DNA from: Diplonema japonicum
Taxonomy: Eukaryota; Protista; Euglenozoa: Diplonemea
Assembly (NCBI GenBank): GCA_964019335.1
Contig: OZ025759.1
Span: forward strand, 124,001-188,000
Length of the DNA stretch: 64,000 nt
Direction of reading: 5' to 3'
Positions 43,232 to 54,989 of this stretch are shown here, piece after piece. The position numbers were made by a program, and so were the translations under genes. Below the pieces are notes generated by a model that saw only the letters and a program-made list of their open reading frames with translations, had not been told where the DNA came from and ran no database searches. Each line of letters opens with the position of its first letter. The stretch's first letter is position 1.

Positions 43232-45940
43232 ATGCCGATTTCAAAAAAGATTGAAATGGTGGAGGAAGAGGACGACGTGCAGATCGCTGATAGTTATTTT
43301 AAGAAGCGGGAAGACAACAAAGAAGGCGGTTCGAAGGAGGAAGTGAACGACGGGGCAGAGAAGCCGGAGGAGGAAGCACAAGAAGAAGAAAAGGTGGACG
43401 AGTGCCAAGCGAACATAGGGGTCCCGGTAGAGAACGTGTTGACGCACTTGAAGTACCGCACGCACTCCTCGCAGCTGTGCTTCGATTTCATCGTGTACAT
43501 ACCATTCCTCGTCATGTTCATCTTGTTCTTCCTGAACGGGAGGGATGTTACGGGAAACTACTATGTGGTGCGGGTGCTGAAGGATAAGCTGATGGGGAAT
43601 GAGATACCCACGGAGCACATCGACAAGCATTACGTGGACATGGCGAACGCGTACGACTGGGGGAGGTGGGCAACTTACGTGATGATCCCCAACTTGTGGG
43701 ACTGCGCTCAAAACAATGAGAATTTCTTGCAGCTCATAGCACAGGGACAGAACTACCTTCTGGGGTCTCTGCGGATACGAACGCACAGGGTGACGAACAC
43801 GTCGTGCAGCGTGAACGACCACATGTTCAACGATGACGGCGTAGCATGCTACGGGACGTGGACGCGGGGCGATTCTGAGACAGCGGACAGGTTCAACGTG
43901 CCGAACCCCCTGCACTACCCCGACCTCGACATCGTGACCACCGACTCCTCAGGTCTGTCCTACGAAGCGAACTGGCCCGTCACAGACGCTATCCTCAGCA
44001 ACCTTACCTTCCGGTACAACAGCACTACCTTGGACCTCTTCAACACCACAGTCGAGGGCAGCTTGCAGGGCTTCACAGCATATTCACTGCGATTTCCTAC
44101 CACAATAAGTTTTGATGAGTATGTAGTAGTGCCGCGGCAGAGATCTCTCGCGACACCTGTACATTGGTCGCTTTTCGCTGACAGTTCGGGCACTTGGACC
44201 TTGATCGACGAGCAGGACAGCGTCAACGGCACTGCCCCGACAGACGTGATGCTGAACACCACTGTCACAACGTCTGCACTGCAGCTGCGGGTTCACAAGA
44301 TCATCGCCGATGGAATCGTTGACACGGAGGAGAAGCCTTTCTTGTACAAGCACCGATCCTGTGGGTTTGCAGGGCTAACAGGTTACATCTACGGTGATGT
44401 GTCTCTGTACCACTGCGGGGGGTATTCTGTGGACGTGCCCTTCAAGACCTCGTGCAAGGCATCTAGGGACACGGTCAAAATCCTGCAGGCCAACACAGCA
44501 CCCTTTTATGACAACTACGCCACACGATTCTTAGCACTGGAGTTCTTTGTGTACTCTGTACAGGTGAACACCTTTACGTCGGTCAAAATGTTCAGCGAGC
44601 AAGCAGCCTGCGGGTCGTGGGTCAACAAGTGGCAGATAAGAACCTTCGCCGTTTACACAGACGAGCCCCCCATATTAGACAGCATATTTTTCTTGTTCGT
44701 GTTTTACTACTGTTGGCGGTTCGGGGCCGACTGGAAGGCGTACTACCAAGGGTACCCTCCGGGGACGCGTTCCAGCAAAGGCAAGATTCTCCCGTTCATG
44801 TATGTGCCCACCAATGAATTCACACAACCTCAACTGCAGCCTCGAGTTCTGGAACATCCTTGAACTGGGAAACCTCGTGACGTTCATCGTGGTCTTTGCA
44901 ATACAAATCACGTGGATGGTGGAATCGAAAAAGGCTGCGACGGGGTTCCCGTTCCCTCACGTGTACCCTGAAGATCTGGACTATCTGCTGAACCTGTACA
45001 TGATGAAGGTATGTCTTTTGACTGTCTACAACGGTAACAGGTGTACGCCAACGCGGTGAACACAATCATCACGTTTCTGAAGTTCTTGAAGTACGTGAGG
45101 CTGAACAGCAGGTTGAACGTGCTGTCGGCAACGATATCGCTAAAGGCAGGGGACATGATTGCATGTCTTGTCATTTTCGTGTACATTGTCTTCGCATACT
45201 CAATGACGGCTAACGCGCTGTTCGGGTCGGGCATCAACGAGTACAGGACAATAGGGGAGGCGTACTCCACGTTGACGAGGATGCTGCTGGGCGACTTCGA
45301 TTACGACAGTTTGAAGAGGGAGAACATGTACCTGGCTGCGTTTTTCTTCTGGTCGTTCGTCGTGATAGGGTTGTTCCTGTTGTTGAACTTCCTGATCGCC
45401 ATCTTGTCGGAGGGTTTCGCGACGGTGAGTGACAACAGCACGGAGGTGCCCTTGGACGAGCAGTTAACGCGTGCCTGGACAGACATCAAGAGGATGCTAC
45501 GGCCAACAAGATTGATGAACGGGGTTAAGATGTGGGCGAAGGGGCATTCTCGGCACACGCTTCTCATCAGAGCATGCATCAAGATGGAAGACTATCAGAC
45601 ACTGGTCGAGACGGTCAACGTGCCTGGCGACGATGCCGACACACGGAACCTGATCTACCGCTCGGAGCTGCCCGTGTTCATTGGGATGGAAGAGTACGAG
45701 CTGCTGGGGAAGGACTACATCGACGACGTGTGGGATGACGTGCTGTACGACTGGGAGCTGGCACAGAAGAACACCCAGCAGCAGCAGGACACCGAGAACG
45801 TGGAATACGTCAAAAGCGCCGTCGCAGAAGCGTGCAAGGGAGAACTGGCAGACATCGACAACATGTGGCACAAGATGCAGCAGCTCCACGAAGAACTCAA
45901 TAACCTTCACTCCGTTCTACAGACGTCCTTTTCTAAGTAA
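43232..45940 (+). CDS. Polycystin-2 (PKD2/TRPP)-like cation channel; introns 44800-44839 and 45009-45040; ~878 aa
   Basis: NYLLGSLRIRTHRV..C, YHCGGY, DNYATR, FWNILE, KFLKYVRLN, pore TLTRMLLGDFDY and LLNFLIAIL. Confidence 0.92.
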
Positions 45941-46054
45941 TATGATCCCTTTCTAGGGCTATCCATGATTTTTTTTTTATTTCCCCCTTTTTCTGTTATT
46001 GTCACACCCTTTCCGCGTTATTCGGTTTACCCTTCACCCCTGTCAGGACCCATA

Positions 46055-49000
46055 ATGGGCGGAACGTCGGAAGGGACGCAGCTCGACACCCACAACCCGG
46101 TGACAGGGCTGACATATGTATCTTGGAATCACCTGTCTTTGAAGACAAGGGATCCCTTCGCACCTCTCTTCCGAGGTGATAACGCCAAGGTGATTTACTA
46201 CTTTGCAGTGGTGATCAAAATCAGCCACGTGGTCATTCCGCACCAGCGTGTGGTTATCGTGACACACAGCTCACTCCTGCAGTGCTTACTCAACAGTGAT
46301 GTGACGAGAAGCGTGCCCATTGTGGACATCAAAGAGGTGCTCATTTCGCACGACAACTGGATGGGTATTGTAGTCCCCAAGCAGTGCGACATGCTTTTCA
46401 AACTCAGCTTGCAGCAGGTGAAGTACATGAAACACGTTCTGTCGGTCCTCTACAGCCATCTGAAAGGCGGCGCGACACTAAGCTTCATCGAACTGCGCGA
46501 AGCCTCCAACATCAAAGGGATGCTCCGTTTGAAGAAGCCCGACAAGTGGTCCGTGCAGCTGCCCGAGCTGGTGAGGCGGCGGGATGTCAAACCTCCCAAA
46601 ACGGGTTCCGTTGCACGATCACCAATAGCTCAGTCTCCTGTGTCACCCCAGTCACCGTTTCCCCTGCGGGTGGCTCCTGCAGGTGCCGATTCTCCAATGC
46701 TGTCGCCGAGGAGCCCCCAACCGGTTCCTCAATCTTCGATAGAGAAGCCTGATGAAGGAGCTCCCAAAATGCCATCTCTGGCTCCTGCAGCAGAACCACC
46801 CAAAGAGCCGAGCAGCCCGCAGGCAACTTCTCCTAGGATAACAGCACAAGTGCCTGAGCCTATACCACCGCCATCAGTGCCGCAGAGCACCTTAACGTCG
46901 GACGACACGGACGCTTACCGGAAAAGATTGCGCGAAATACGGGAACACAAGTCGCAGCCACCGGTTAGATCCCCTTCTCCTCCTCTTGTGGAGGGGAAAC
47001 ACAAGACAGGAACCGCTGTGTATACCTTTTACAACAACAAGTGGGTGAAGTGCACTGTGGTCGGTTTCAACGGCCATTTATACACGCTGGCGAGCGAAGA
47101 CGGCACTGTCACGGTTCCAGAGGCACGTGTCCGCCCCTACACAACGCACAAGAAAGGGGATTTCATCAAGTCCATCAAACGGTTGTATAGTGAGCGGGGC
47201 GACGCGATACCATTAGGGGGTGTGGGGACTGTACTTGCTGTGCCTGGAGAGAACACGTCGTCGTGCGCCGTGATCGAGATTGGTGGGTACAGGATCAACG
47301 TTGCACCTGGTGATATCGATGTTTGTGGGAAGCAGGTTCCTGAGTACCAGGTGGGCGACGAGCTAGAGATGCACGATTTGCACAGCTGGAAGCCTTGTGT
47401 TGTGATCAGCAAAGAGGGTGATGCGTACCTCGTGCAAACAGAGGAGTGCGAGCACTTCAAAATCGATGACGTTGACGTGGCCCAGTTCTTGAGGAAGAGG
47501 AAAGTAGTCGAGTCCAGCAACCCATCACCTGCACCCGCTCTTGTACACACATCACCTACACCAGTTTCGCCACCTAAATTAGAGAAAGCACCTGACTCTG
47601 TCCATGTGTCTGCAAAGGATTTCCGAGATCAGCAGTCCGGGACTGCCCCTGCCCATGCCGCTGTCCCTGCGCCTGCGCCTGCGCCTGCGCCTGCACCACC
47701 AGCACTCGTTGCAGCTCTTGTTTCTTCGTCGGTTCCCGCCGCACCTGTTCTTCGCGAGCAATTTTATGAAGACAATCAATTTTCTGCACCCGCTTTGGTT
47801 GAAGCTTCACATGAGATGCTTTCCCCACGGCAGGCGCAACCAACTATGGCGCAGGGGATTGATGTGTCGGCAATGGTGAGCCACAGTGCAGAAGCTGCCC
47901 CTCAGCCACAGGAGCCAATAAAGCAAACCAGTGGGAGGAAAGCTACTGTGCAGAGTAGCATAGAAGCACCAAAGCAGAACCCCAACTTAGTTGATGGCCT
48001 CCCGACCACGTACTCGGATCTGATGGGGAGCTCTCCCGCTCCTGCACCGCTGCCTGCGCATGACGTGGATCGGGCAGTATCGATGCCTGTGAACCAGCAC
48101 AGTGAACGCCGCTCGTTTTCGTACACACCACCCATTCGTTCCTCCAGTGAGCGTGACGATGCAGTGTCAATGGAATTCGCCGCCCGTGTGTTCGATGACT
48201 ACAGCAGGCAGGTGCGCGACCTCCAGAACAGACTGGCGACAGAGCTGCACGACAAGAACGTCATCGGTAGGCTGACGATGGAAAAGGATGTTTTGCTGCA
48301 GAAAATAGAAGTAATCAAGCAGTCACATGACTTGGAAATGCGAGCTATTGACGATATCGACATCGACAACCTGGCCATCGAGGTACTGTCCTTGCACAGC
48401 ATGCCGCCGGAGGGCGTCCAGCAATGGCTGCTGAACACGTTGCTCTTGTCGGAAAAAGCAGCGAATTGTTTCACAGGTTTGGATGGCCCCACGCTCTTCT
48501 CATTGTCAGAGGAGGAAGTGCGGTCCAGAATGCCTGGTAACCCAGAGGCAGCTGCTATGATCTACAACCAGATACACAGCGAGGTGCATGCAGACACGAC
48601 TAATATCAAGTGGATTCTGGGGACAAGAAGGAAACTAGTTGAAGAATTGGCAGCTGGCTACAACCAAGTGAAGACTGTAAGAACATGCTTGAAGAAGGCA
48701 GCCAAAGCACATGGCACCGTGTATGACAAGATTGCTTCAGCTGAGAAATGCACTACGGGAGCTCTCAAAGTGTTAAAGGGCATCTTGTGCAACGGTATCA
48801 CACAGAAAGAGCGGTTGGAAGTTGGGATAACCGGGCTTGGCGGCCCTGCTCAGCAATACGGCACCCTCAGCCCCTTTGAGGAGCGGGTCTTAGCTAGGAT
48901 CAGCAACGAAGGTGTAGTCGCTCCTCGCACAGCGTCAGCATCGCGCACGCCAAGCAGATATCGAAAGTCTCCAAGAAAGTACAGACGGTCGCCATCGCGG

Positions 49001-49129
49001 TCGCAGTCCCCATCCCGTGCCTCAAATAGGTCATATACTCCGTTACAAGCCTTCGGCAGGACAAACCCTTCGGTTTCGCGTTCGCGCACTGTCACACCGC
49101 CCCATCACAGGGGCCTTGCCACTCACTAG
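46055..49129 (+). CDS. Multidomain hypothetical protein: myosin-TH1/PH-like N-terminus, Pro-rich linkers, Tudor/SH3-like barrels, SAM-like domain, RS-rich tail
   Basis: >1000-aa ORF. VIKI..HQRVVIVT..VTRSVPI (TH1-like), YQVGDELEM..WKPCVV (Tudor-like) and VQQWL..LDGPTLFSLSEEEV (SAM-like). Domain calls are tentative. Confidence 0.7.
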   Translation: MGGTSEGTQLDTHNPVTGLTYVSWNHLSLKTRDPFAPLFRGDNAKVIYYFAVVIKISHVVIPHQRVVIVTHSSLLQCLLNSDVTRSVPIVDIKEVLISHDNWMGIVVPKQCDMLFKLSLQQVKYMKHVLSVLYSHLKGGATLSFIELREASNIKGMLRLKKPDKWSVQLPELVRRRDVKPPKTGSVARSPIAQSPVSPQSPFPLRVAPAGADSPMLSPRSPQPVPQSSIEKPDEGAPKMPSLAPAAEPPKEPSSPQATSPRITAQVPEPIPPPSVPQSTLTSDDTDAYRKRLREIREHKSQPPVRSPSPPLVEGKHKTGTAVYTFYNNKWVKCTVVGFNGHLYTLASEDGTVTVPEARVRPYTTHKKGDFIKSIKRLYSERGDAIPLGGVGTVLAVPGENTSSCAVIEIGGYRINVAPGDIDVCGKQVPEYQVGDELEMHDLHSWKPCVVISKEGDAYLVQTEECEHFKIDDVDVAQFLRKRKVVESSNPSPAPALVHTSPTPVSPPKLEKAPDSVHVSAKDFRDQQSGTAPAHAAVPAPAPAPAPAPPALVAALVSSSVPAAPVLREQFYEDNQFSAPALVEASHEMLSPRQAQPTMAQGIDVSAMVSHSAEAAPQPQEPIKQTSGRKATVQSSIEAPKQNPNLVDGLPTTYSDLMGSSPAPAPLPAHDVDRAVSMPVNQHSERRSFSYTPPIRSSSERDDAVSMEFAARVFDDYSRQVRDLQNRLATELHDKNVIGRLTMEKDVLLQKIEVIKQSHDLEMRAIDDIDIDNLAIEVLSLHSMPPEGVQQWLLNTLLLSEKAANCFTGLDGPTLFSLSEEEVRSRMPGNPEAAAMIYNQIHSEVHADTTNIKWILGTRRKLVEELAAGYNQVKTVRTCLKKAAKAHGTVYDKIASAEKCTTGALKVLKGILCNGITQKERLEVGITGLGGPAQQYGTLSPFEERVLARISNEGVVAPRTASASRTPSRYRKSPRKYRRSPSRSQSPSRASNRSYTPLQAFGRTNPSVSRSRTVTPPHHRGLATH

Positions 49130-49221
49130 TTGTTGTTATAGATACATAGAAAAAAAAAAAAAGAAAAAAAAAACCTTTTTGTATTTTTTGCCCTCAACCC
49201 AGCCACACAGGTACCGGTAAA

Positions 49222-50302
49222 ATGGATCTCAGCCTTGACCGCATGAACATCGAGACCCCGTCGACGGGGCCTTCGATGTCTCCCAACACCGTTCCTTCGC
49301 AGGACTTCGATGCCTCGATCATCTCAAGAGAGGGTTGGGAAGACGAACAGGGGAGGGACGAGGGTGTGATTGGAGAGCTGCTCTCAGCCATCCAGAAGGA
49401 CATGATGCCGAGGGTTGTGTTGTCACAAGCTGACGGTGTGAGTGTTGAGTACTGCAGGTCAGTCATACTCCCGCTGCTGTGTCACACCAAAGAAGTCAGG
49501 GAGCTCATCCTTGTGGATCTCTTGAGCGACGAAGTTGTGACAGATGCTTGCGCAGTGCTCATGAACACACCCACCATCACGTCCTTGGTGTTGGTCAACT
49601 CCTCTGTGGGAGATGGGATCACACTGTCAGGAATGTCATCCCTCTGCTCACTCCTGTACAGCAGCCAGACACTGGAATCCCTATCGCTGATGAGCTGCCT
49701 GCATACCATAGTCGGTGACGCACTCAAGATGTTGGGAGAGGCCGTCACCTTCTCACAGTCACTAAGGCGCCTGAACCTCGAGGCCAACAACATTCAGGAC
49801 AACGACTTCCTCCCGTTGGCACAGGGTCTGGCCTCCCAGCGCACACTTCTGCAGCTGTGCTTGGACAACAACTCGCTGCACTACCACGGGATGGGCATGA
49901 TGAGCGAAGTGATGGGCTACAACGACGTGCTGCAGGCGGTGTCGCTGAACGGGAACCTCATCAGAGTACCCACCGACCTCTGGGAGGGGTACTACGTCTT
50001 CGAGCAGTGCCAGGTAAACAGGTATGCAGAATCTGACTTAAATATAACAACGCAACAGGGAACTTGCACGTCTGGGGCCTTATTCTGTAGCAGCTCACAG
50101 CAATTGGCCCTCTTTGTGGAGGAGGAAGGTGAAGAAGTTGTGGTACGTACAGAGCAAATCTAAAAAGGCCGCAAAAGGAGAGTGGGAATCTGTCCTGCAG
50201 TGGTTGAACCCCAGAGGCTACGTGGAGCAAAAGGTCAAGTTGTGGATGAAACTCGAGAATCAAGCAACGCAGCCTGCCCCGCAGATCTGGAGACATACAT
50301 AA
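49222..50302 (+). CDS. RNI-like leucine-rich repeat protein; intron 50022-50058
   Basis: 28-aa repeats LRRLNLEANNI, LLQLCLDNNSL and LQAVSLNGNLI. A 37-nt GTATG..ACAG intron joins it to ORF 50114-50302. Confidence 0.8.
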
Positions 50303-50523
50303 AAAAAAAAAGGAAAAGAAAACAAAGAATACAAGTAGACAATAAGAAACTGTTAACGTAGATAAGCCTATAGACCTGGACAGCAATAGATGGACCGCTA
50401 CTCTTGCTATGCTTTCTAATGCGGTTTGTGCAGTGAGATTTTAGATTTGCCCTCCCTAGTTGAACAGTAGCTTTGCGTGTTCACGTGATCAAGCACACAG
50501 GTAACAAAAAAGAAAAGAAAGCC

Positions 50524-53244
50524 ATGGGATTCGGTTCGCAAGCTCCAGCGTTCGAGCAAGACATCCGTTCTGCGATCGCCAAAGTGAAGACCGTGCTTGA
50601 CCAGAACAGGGTTCCGAAGTACGCTACCGAAGTGAACCATACGTACGATGATAAATTCTTGCTTGCTGAGTTTGTCACCAATACTGCAGTAGCAGCACAG
50701 ATAACGTGTCTTGAGCACATAGGCCTTTCTGCACAACACATGAAACAGCTTCAAATATGGGCTGCTGACAAGAAGAGGGTTGTATTGAGGTTCAGCAGGG
50801 CCCACGAGTGCGCACACCATTCGACGGAGGAGGAGAACAAACTCAACCCGACATCAACCACCATGGTGAAGACAGATTCATTCGGCGGTTGTACTGGCAC
50901 CACCTTTACCACTTCGACGAAGGTGACAAAGTACCTTTGGGAGTTCACTGGGAAGTACAGCATCACTGCATTCACCACCGACCACCCATCGCAGCATGTG
51001 ACCCTCCAGTCCAGGACAAGCAAGGTGATGATAAAAACGTACACAAAAGGAACCCCAGAACCCAACACAGTACTGGACCCTGTAGATGTGGAGATCACAT
51101 GGCTTATGAACAGACTCGACACGGGGCTGCAACTCGTTTTCCACATCGACAGGTTGCACGAGGACTGCCACACCCCGTTCAGGAACAACGACGTGCAGCA
51201 AGCCATCGAGTACTTCTCATCTTTCTGCACATGGTGTACGGAAATCCTCAAGTACTTCTCCGTGCGTCTTTTCCCCATAGAGGTAGAGCACGACTTCGAC
51301 TTGTCACTGCTCAATGACAGTACCATCCTGAACCCCGTAGCACCCGTCCTTATTGAGGAGCAGGGCAAGGGTGTCGTGCTGAATACGCAAGATTTGAAAT
51401 CACTGTTTCACTCACATGGCATTTCTATTAAGAGCAAGCTTTCCGACTTGTCGTCTGCGTTCCAGAAGGGCACGGCGTTGATTACTATGGTAGAGGCCAC
51501 CCTGTCGGTCATGTTGATCCACACCATTAGTATCGCCAAGCTTTTCGTGAAAAGCGTAGAGAGCATCGAGGAAGGGCTGCGCGAACAGCTCTGTGAGGCT
51601 ATTGGAACTACCATCACCCCCGAGGCATTCAGGGAGCACATGAGCACTTACAACAGGAGAGTGTACAAAGAGCAATATGCGCCCAAACCCTTCTCCTACT
51701 CCGTAAGGTGCAGAGACCACCACCCGGAAGGTGTGGTCAGCATTGAGTACGACACGTTTGACAAACGTACGCATATCATGACTTCAGTCCATGAAGAAGA
51801 CGCAGCTGGCGACGTGATGCACATGCCGCTCACCTCTTCCTGCAAAGTACTCTTTACGGGAGAGAAATACATCCACTCGTTCATAAACCATACCTTCTCT
51901 TGCGCTGATGAAACCCTTACCTTGTGTGCCTCCGCTAGGCAGTTCAGTGGGTATATCCTGTTTATCGGGAAACTCGGCAGCGGCGGTGCCTTCCTGCCGT
52001 CGAACGCCGTCATCGTGCAGAACAAAGACGAGTACACCGTCGTGCTCCAGGTTGCTGCGTTGCCTACTGCTAAGCAGTTTAGAGACGCAATCGCCTCGTT
52101 GTCCCCCGAGCAGCGTGCGTTTGCTGAGACGATCCGCAGCATGCAGCTGCAGGGCTCGCTGTTCTCGTTGTGCATCATCCACATCAAGCCCCTTATCGAA
52201 AAGCTCTTGAACCTGCCGCCTGATAGTTTGACAAAAAAGATCCGCCTCACGCAGAAATTGATGGACCTGTTCATAAGGTATCAGATCCCCAGCGACCTTG
52301 TTGCGTACAAGTCCGACGGGCATGAGGACACCGCGTCAATGAAGGTGAAGCAAATAGAAGCCAACGTAGATGACATGTTTGAGATGATCGATGCTTCTAA
52401 AGAGGAGGAGATCAAGGAGGCTGCACAGGAGAGAGAGTTGGATCCTCCACCTGTCCAATCTAGTTTTTCCTTTGGCGGTGCTGTCGGAGCTAGTAGTGGT
52501 AACCCCCAGCCCAGTGGTTTTGGATTTGGCGGTGGTGCTGCAGCTTCCAGCAGTTGCGGTGGTGGTTTTGGCTTTGGCAGTGCTGCTCCTCCCACGAGCG
52601 GTGGTGGTTTTGGTGCTTCTGCTGAAGCTGCCAAGAGCAGTGGTTTTGGCAGTGCTGCTGGAGCTAGTAGCGGTGGTTTTGGCAGTGCGGCTAGAGCTCC
52701 CACGAGCGGTGGTAGCTTTGGTGCGGCAAAAGAACGGACCCCAGCGGCTACAGCAGGCACCAGTGCGTTCGTAGGCGAGAACGTCGACACGACTGCTGAA
52801 GCTGTTTACGAGGGTGGTGATGCCATTCTGTCCCTGCCATCCAAGATCGACAAGAGGATTGGAGCAGATGTGACGTGCACTAGCCTGCACCCGGCAACTA
52901 TTAGGGACACCGGTTACTGGCGCAAAAAGAGCCAGAAGAGGCTTCTCGGGGGTGAGAAGACATGCGTGCTGTCAGAATCCGACTTGAGGACGGAAAAGAC
53001 AAAGGCATACGATCTGTTAGATGCCCTCACCAAGTCAGGGCTTGTCCCCGTTGAAGACAGCGTGTTGCATGTGATTGTGCCGACTGCACACACTTTCGAC
53101 CAGACCATTATGGACACTCTGATCAAGAAGAATGAGAACCCCATTCTGTCCTTACAGCACTCCACGCAGCTGGTCAGCTCTGTTCTGCACAGAGTCGACC
53201 CGCAAAGCCTCTTGAAACCAGAAGGATCCCAGATCATGCAATGA
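50524..53244 (+). CDS. Large uncharacterised protein with a GGFG/FG-repeat insert
   Basis: ~906-aa ORF; globular-looking halves flank S/G/A-rich GFG repeats at ~52460-52725. Confidence 0.8.
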   Translation: MGFGSQAPAFEQDIRSAIAKVKTVLDQNRVPKYATEVNHTYDDKFLLAEFVTNTAVAAQITCLEHIGLSAQHMKQLQIWAADKKRVVLRFSRAHECAHHSTEEENKLNPTSTTMVKTDSFGGCTGTTFTTSTKVTKYLWEFTGKYSITAFTTDHPSQHVTLQSRTSKVMIKTYTKGTPEPNTVLDPVDVEITWLMNRLDTGLQLVFHIDRLHEDCHTPFRNNDVQQAIEYFSSFCTWCTEILKYFSVRLFPIEVEHDFDLSLLNDSTILNPVAPVLIEEQGKGVVLNTQDLKSLFHSHGISIKSKLSDLSSAFQKGTALITMVEATLSVMLIHTISIAKLFVKSVESIEEGLREQLCEAIGTTITPEAFREHMSTYNRRVYKEQYAPKPFSYSVRCRDHHPEGVVSIEYDTFDKRTHIMTSVHEEDAAGDVMHMPLTSSCKVLFTGEKYIHSFINHTFSCADETLTLCASARQFSGYILFIGKLGSGGAFLPSNAVIVQNKDEYTVVLQVAALPTAKQFRDAIASLSPEQRAFAETIRSMQLQGSLFSLCIIHIKPLIEKLLNLPPDSLTKKIRLTQKLMDLFIRYQIPSDLVAYKSDGHEDTASMKVKQIEANVDDMFEMIDASKEEEIKEAAQERELDPPPVQSSFSFGGAVGASSGNPQPSGFGFGGGAAASSSCGGGFGFGSAAPPTSGGGFGASAEAAKSSGFGSAAGASSGGFGSAARAPTSGGSFGAAKERTPAATAGTSAFVGENVDTTAEAVYEGGDAILSLPSKIDKRIGADVTCTSLHPATIRDTGYWRKKSQKRLLGGEKTCVLSESDLRTEKTKAYDLLDALTKSGLVPVEDSVLHVIVPTAHTFDQTIMDTLIKKNENPILSLQHSTQLVSSVLHRVDPQSLLKPEGSQIMQ

Positions 53245-53759
53245 TATCCTCCCAACAACGACCCCCCCTTCCCGAATCTAACCCAACCGGATTTTTCTGG
53301 TTCTTTAACGTCCTTTTTCTCCTTTTTAGCCCCCCTTTCCAACCTCAACGGGGGCAACGACTCGAGGACAGTGTGTTCCCCCTCCCCTTTTTTTTCTCCT
53401 GATGAACAGAAGCACCTATGGTTATAAATACTTATTTTATTAAGAAACACATTGTGGCTATTGCGCACAAGAAGCAAATACCATGCCTCTCTTTTTCTCG
53501 TGGATAGGAACAGTGCTCGTCTGGTAGGACGCTAGTAGGCCCTTGAAGGGCGCCTTCTGCCTAACATGATGTCTTCACTGTAACGTCTTTTTTTTCGTGG
53601 AAACAGAAAATACATTTAAACCTTTTATTGGTACGCTTCGCTACCTTCTGCCCCTTCCTCACTGCTTATGAATGTGACTCCTACTAACATGCTCTCATTT
53701 CTTTATAGGCGTCAACTCATCAACAAAAAAAAAAAAAAAAAAAAAAAAAAAAGAAAAAA

Positions 53760-54723
53760 ATGTCCAAAGCGATCACAGGGGTTCCCGAGCCTAAGCGGGC
53801 AGCTTCGACGCCCGTGTTCGCCACCAGTGTGGCGGCAACTGTCGAATCTTTCTACAGAAGTGCCTTGAATGCGTTCATCAACAGGGCGCTTCTTGGTCAG
53901 AAGCTGCAGAGGTTATTCCCCGACATGCACGTGCAAGCACCTACCAGGGTGTTGTATATCAACGGTATCAAGCAGAGCAGATCGTGGCTTGCAAACAACG
54001 TCAACCCTGAGGAGTACGGGTCCGCAGCTTCCCTAGTGCGCGCGGGTGTCTGGGTGGGGCCTGGTCTGCTCATGACCCCTATCTCCAGTCTTCTTGAGGC
54101 GGCCAATGCGGGTAACAAGAACCCCGAGCCCCTATTGACTAAGAGGTGGCTTCGTGGTGTGACTGCAAGATGCGTCCGTGAGATCATCTTTGCATGCGGT
54201 GTCAACCAGGTATAGAACAGGGGAAGGGATCACACACAACTACACTCAGCTGTCGGAGTACGTCGAAGACAGCATCCCCATGGAGACCATCTCTAACGGC
54301 CTTTACAGAAACAGTGTTGGGAGTTTGATCGCAGGTATGAGGGATTCCACTTTTTAACCACTCGCAGGTGTTGCCAGTGGGTACTTCAGCCACGTGCCGC
54401 ACAACATGTCTGCTTTGAAGCTGCATTACCCGCAGAAGTATGATTGCTACTAAAAGAAAATAAGTTATTCCCTCAGGACGTACGGTGAACTGTTTGCGGA
54501 GTACGCGCAGAAAAGCGAAGCGCGCCTCCCTGCGAGCATGGCACCCGCCACAAAGCAGTCCGTCGCAAAGGTCTTCTGCGTGCTGTGCCCGCAGGCCCTG
54601 GTGGCGCGTACCACTCAGATCGTGGGAACCTTCATGTTACTTAACGGCTTCATCTACTTGCTGAAGGATGTCAAGCCCACCGAGTACCTCGGTTGGGAGG
54701 ACGGCAAAACTACCAGCGCGTAG
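53760..54723 (+). CDS. Divergent mitochondrial carrier-like membrane protein; exons 53760-54209, 54250-54334, 54368-54437, 54477-54723 (283 aa)
   Basis: Three introns (40, 33, 39 nt) give a continuous frame. Carrier-like segments LLMTPISSLLE, WLRGVTARCVREIIF, AGVASGYFSHVPHN and PQALVARTTQI. Confidence 0.65.
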
Positions 54724-54989
54724 ATTCCCGCCGCATCATGATGTTTATATTCCCGTGTCAGTAGTAACCCCCAGCCCCGCCCTTTGCGCTCTGCTGACCG
54801 CCGGCCGAGCTGGTAGTAGGACCTCTTGTAACATCTCTAACTGGGTGTGGTGAGCCCCGTTTTACCCCTCGTCAAGGCAATACATAGCAGTATTCCGATC
54901 TAATTCACTGCCCCTCTTTCTTTCTTCCCTCTTCGTGGTGTTATCTTTTGGCTATCTTTACGGTCATCAACTTCACATAGGTGGCACCC

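Noticed and set aside
53595-53640. Spliced-leader RNA gene
   Set aside because: Only TTTATTG|GTA matches. The conserved TTTCTGTAC core of the SL exon is absent.
54736-54800. Box C/D snoRNA (ATGATG...CTGA)
   Set aside because: Imperfect C box, weak terminal stem and no rRNA complementarity I could verify.
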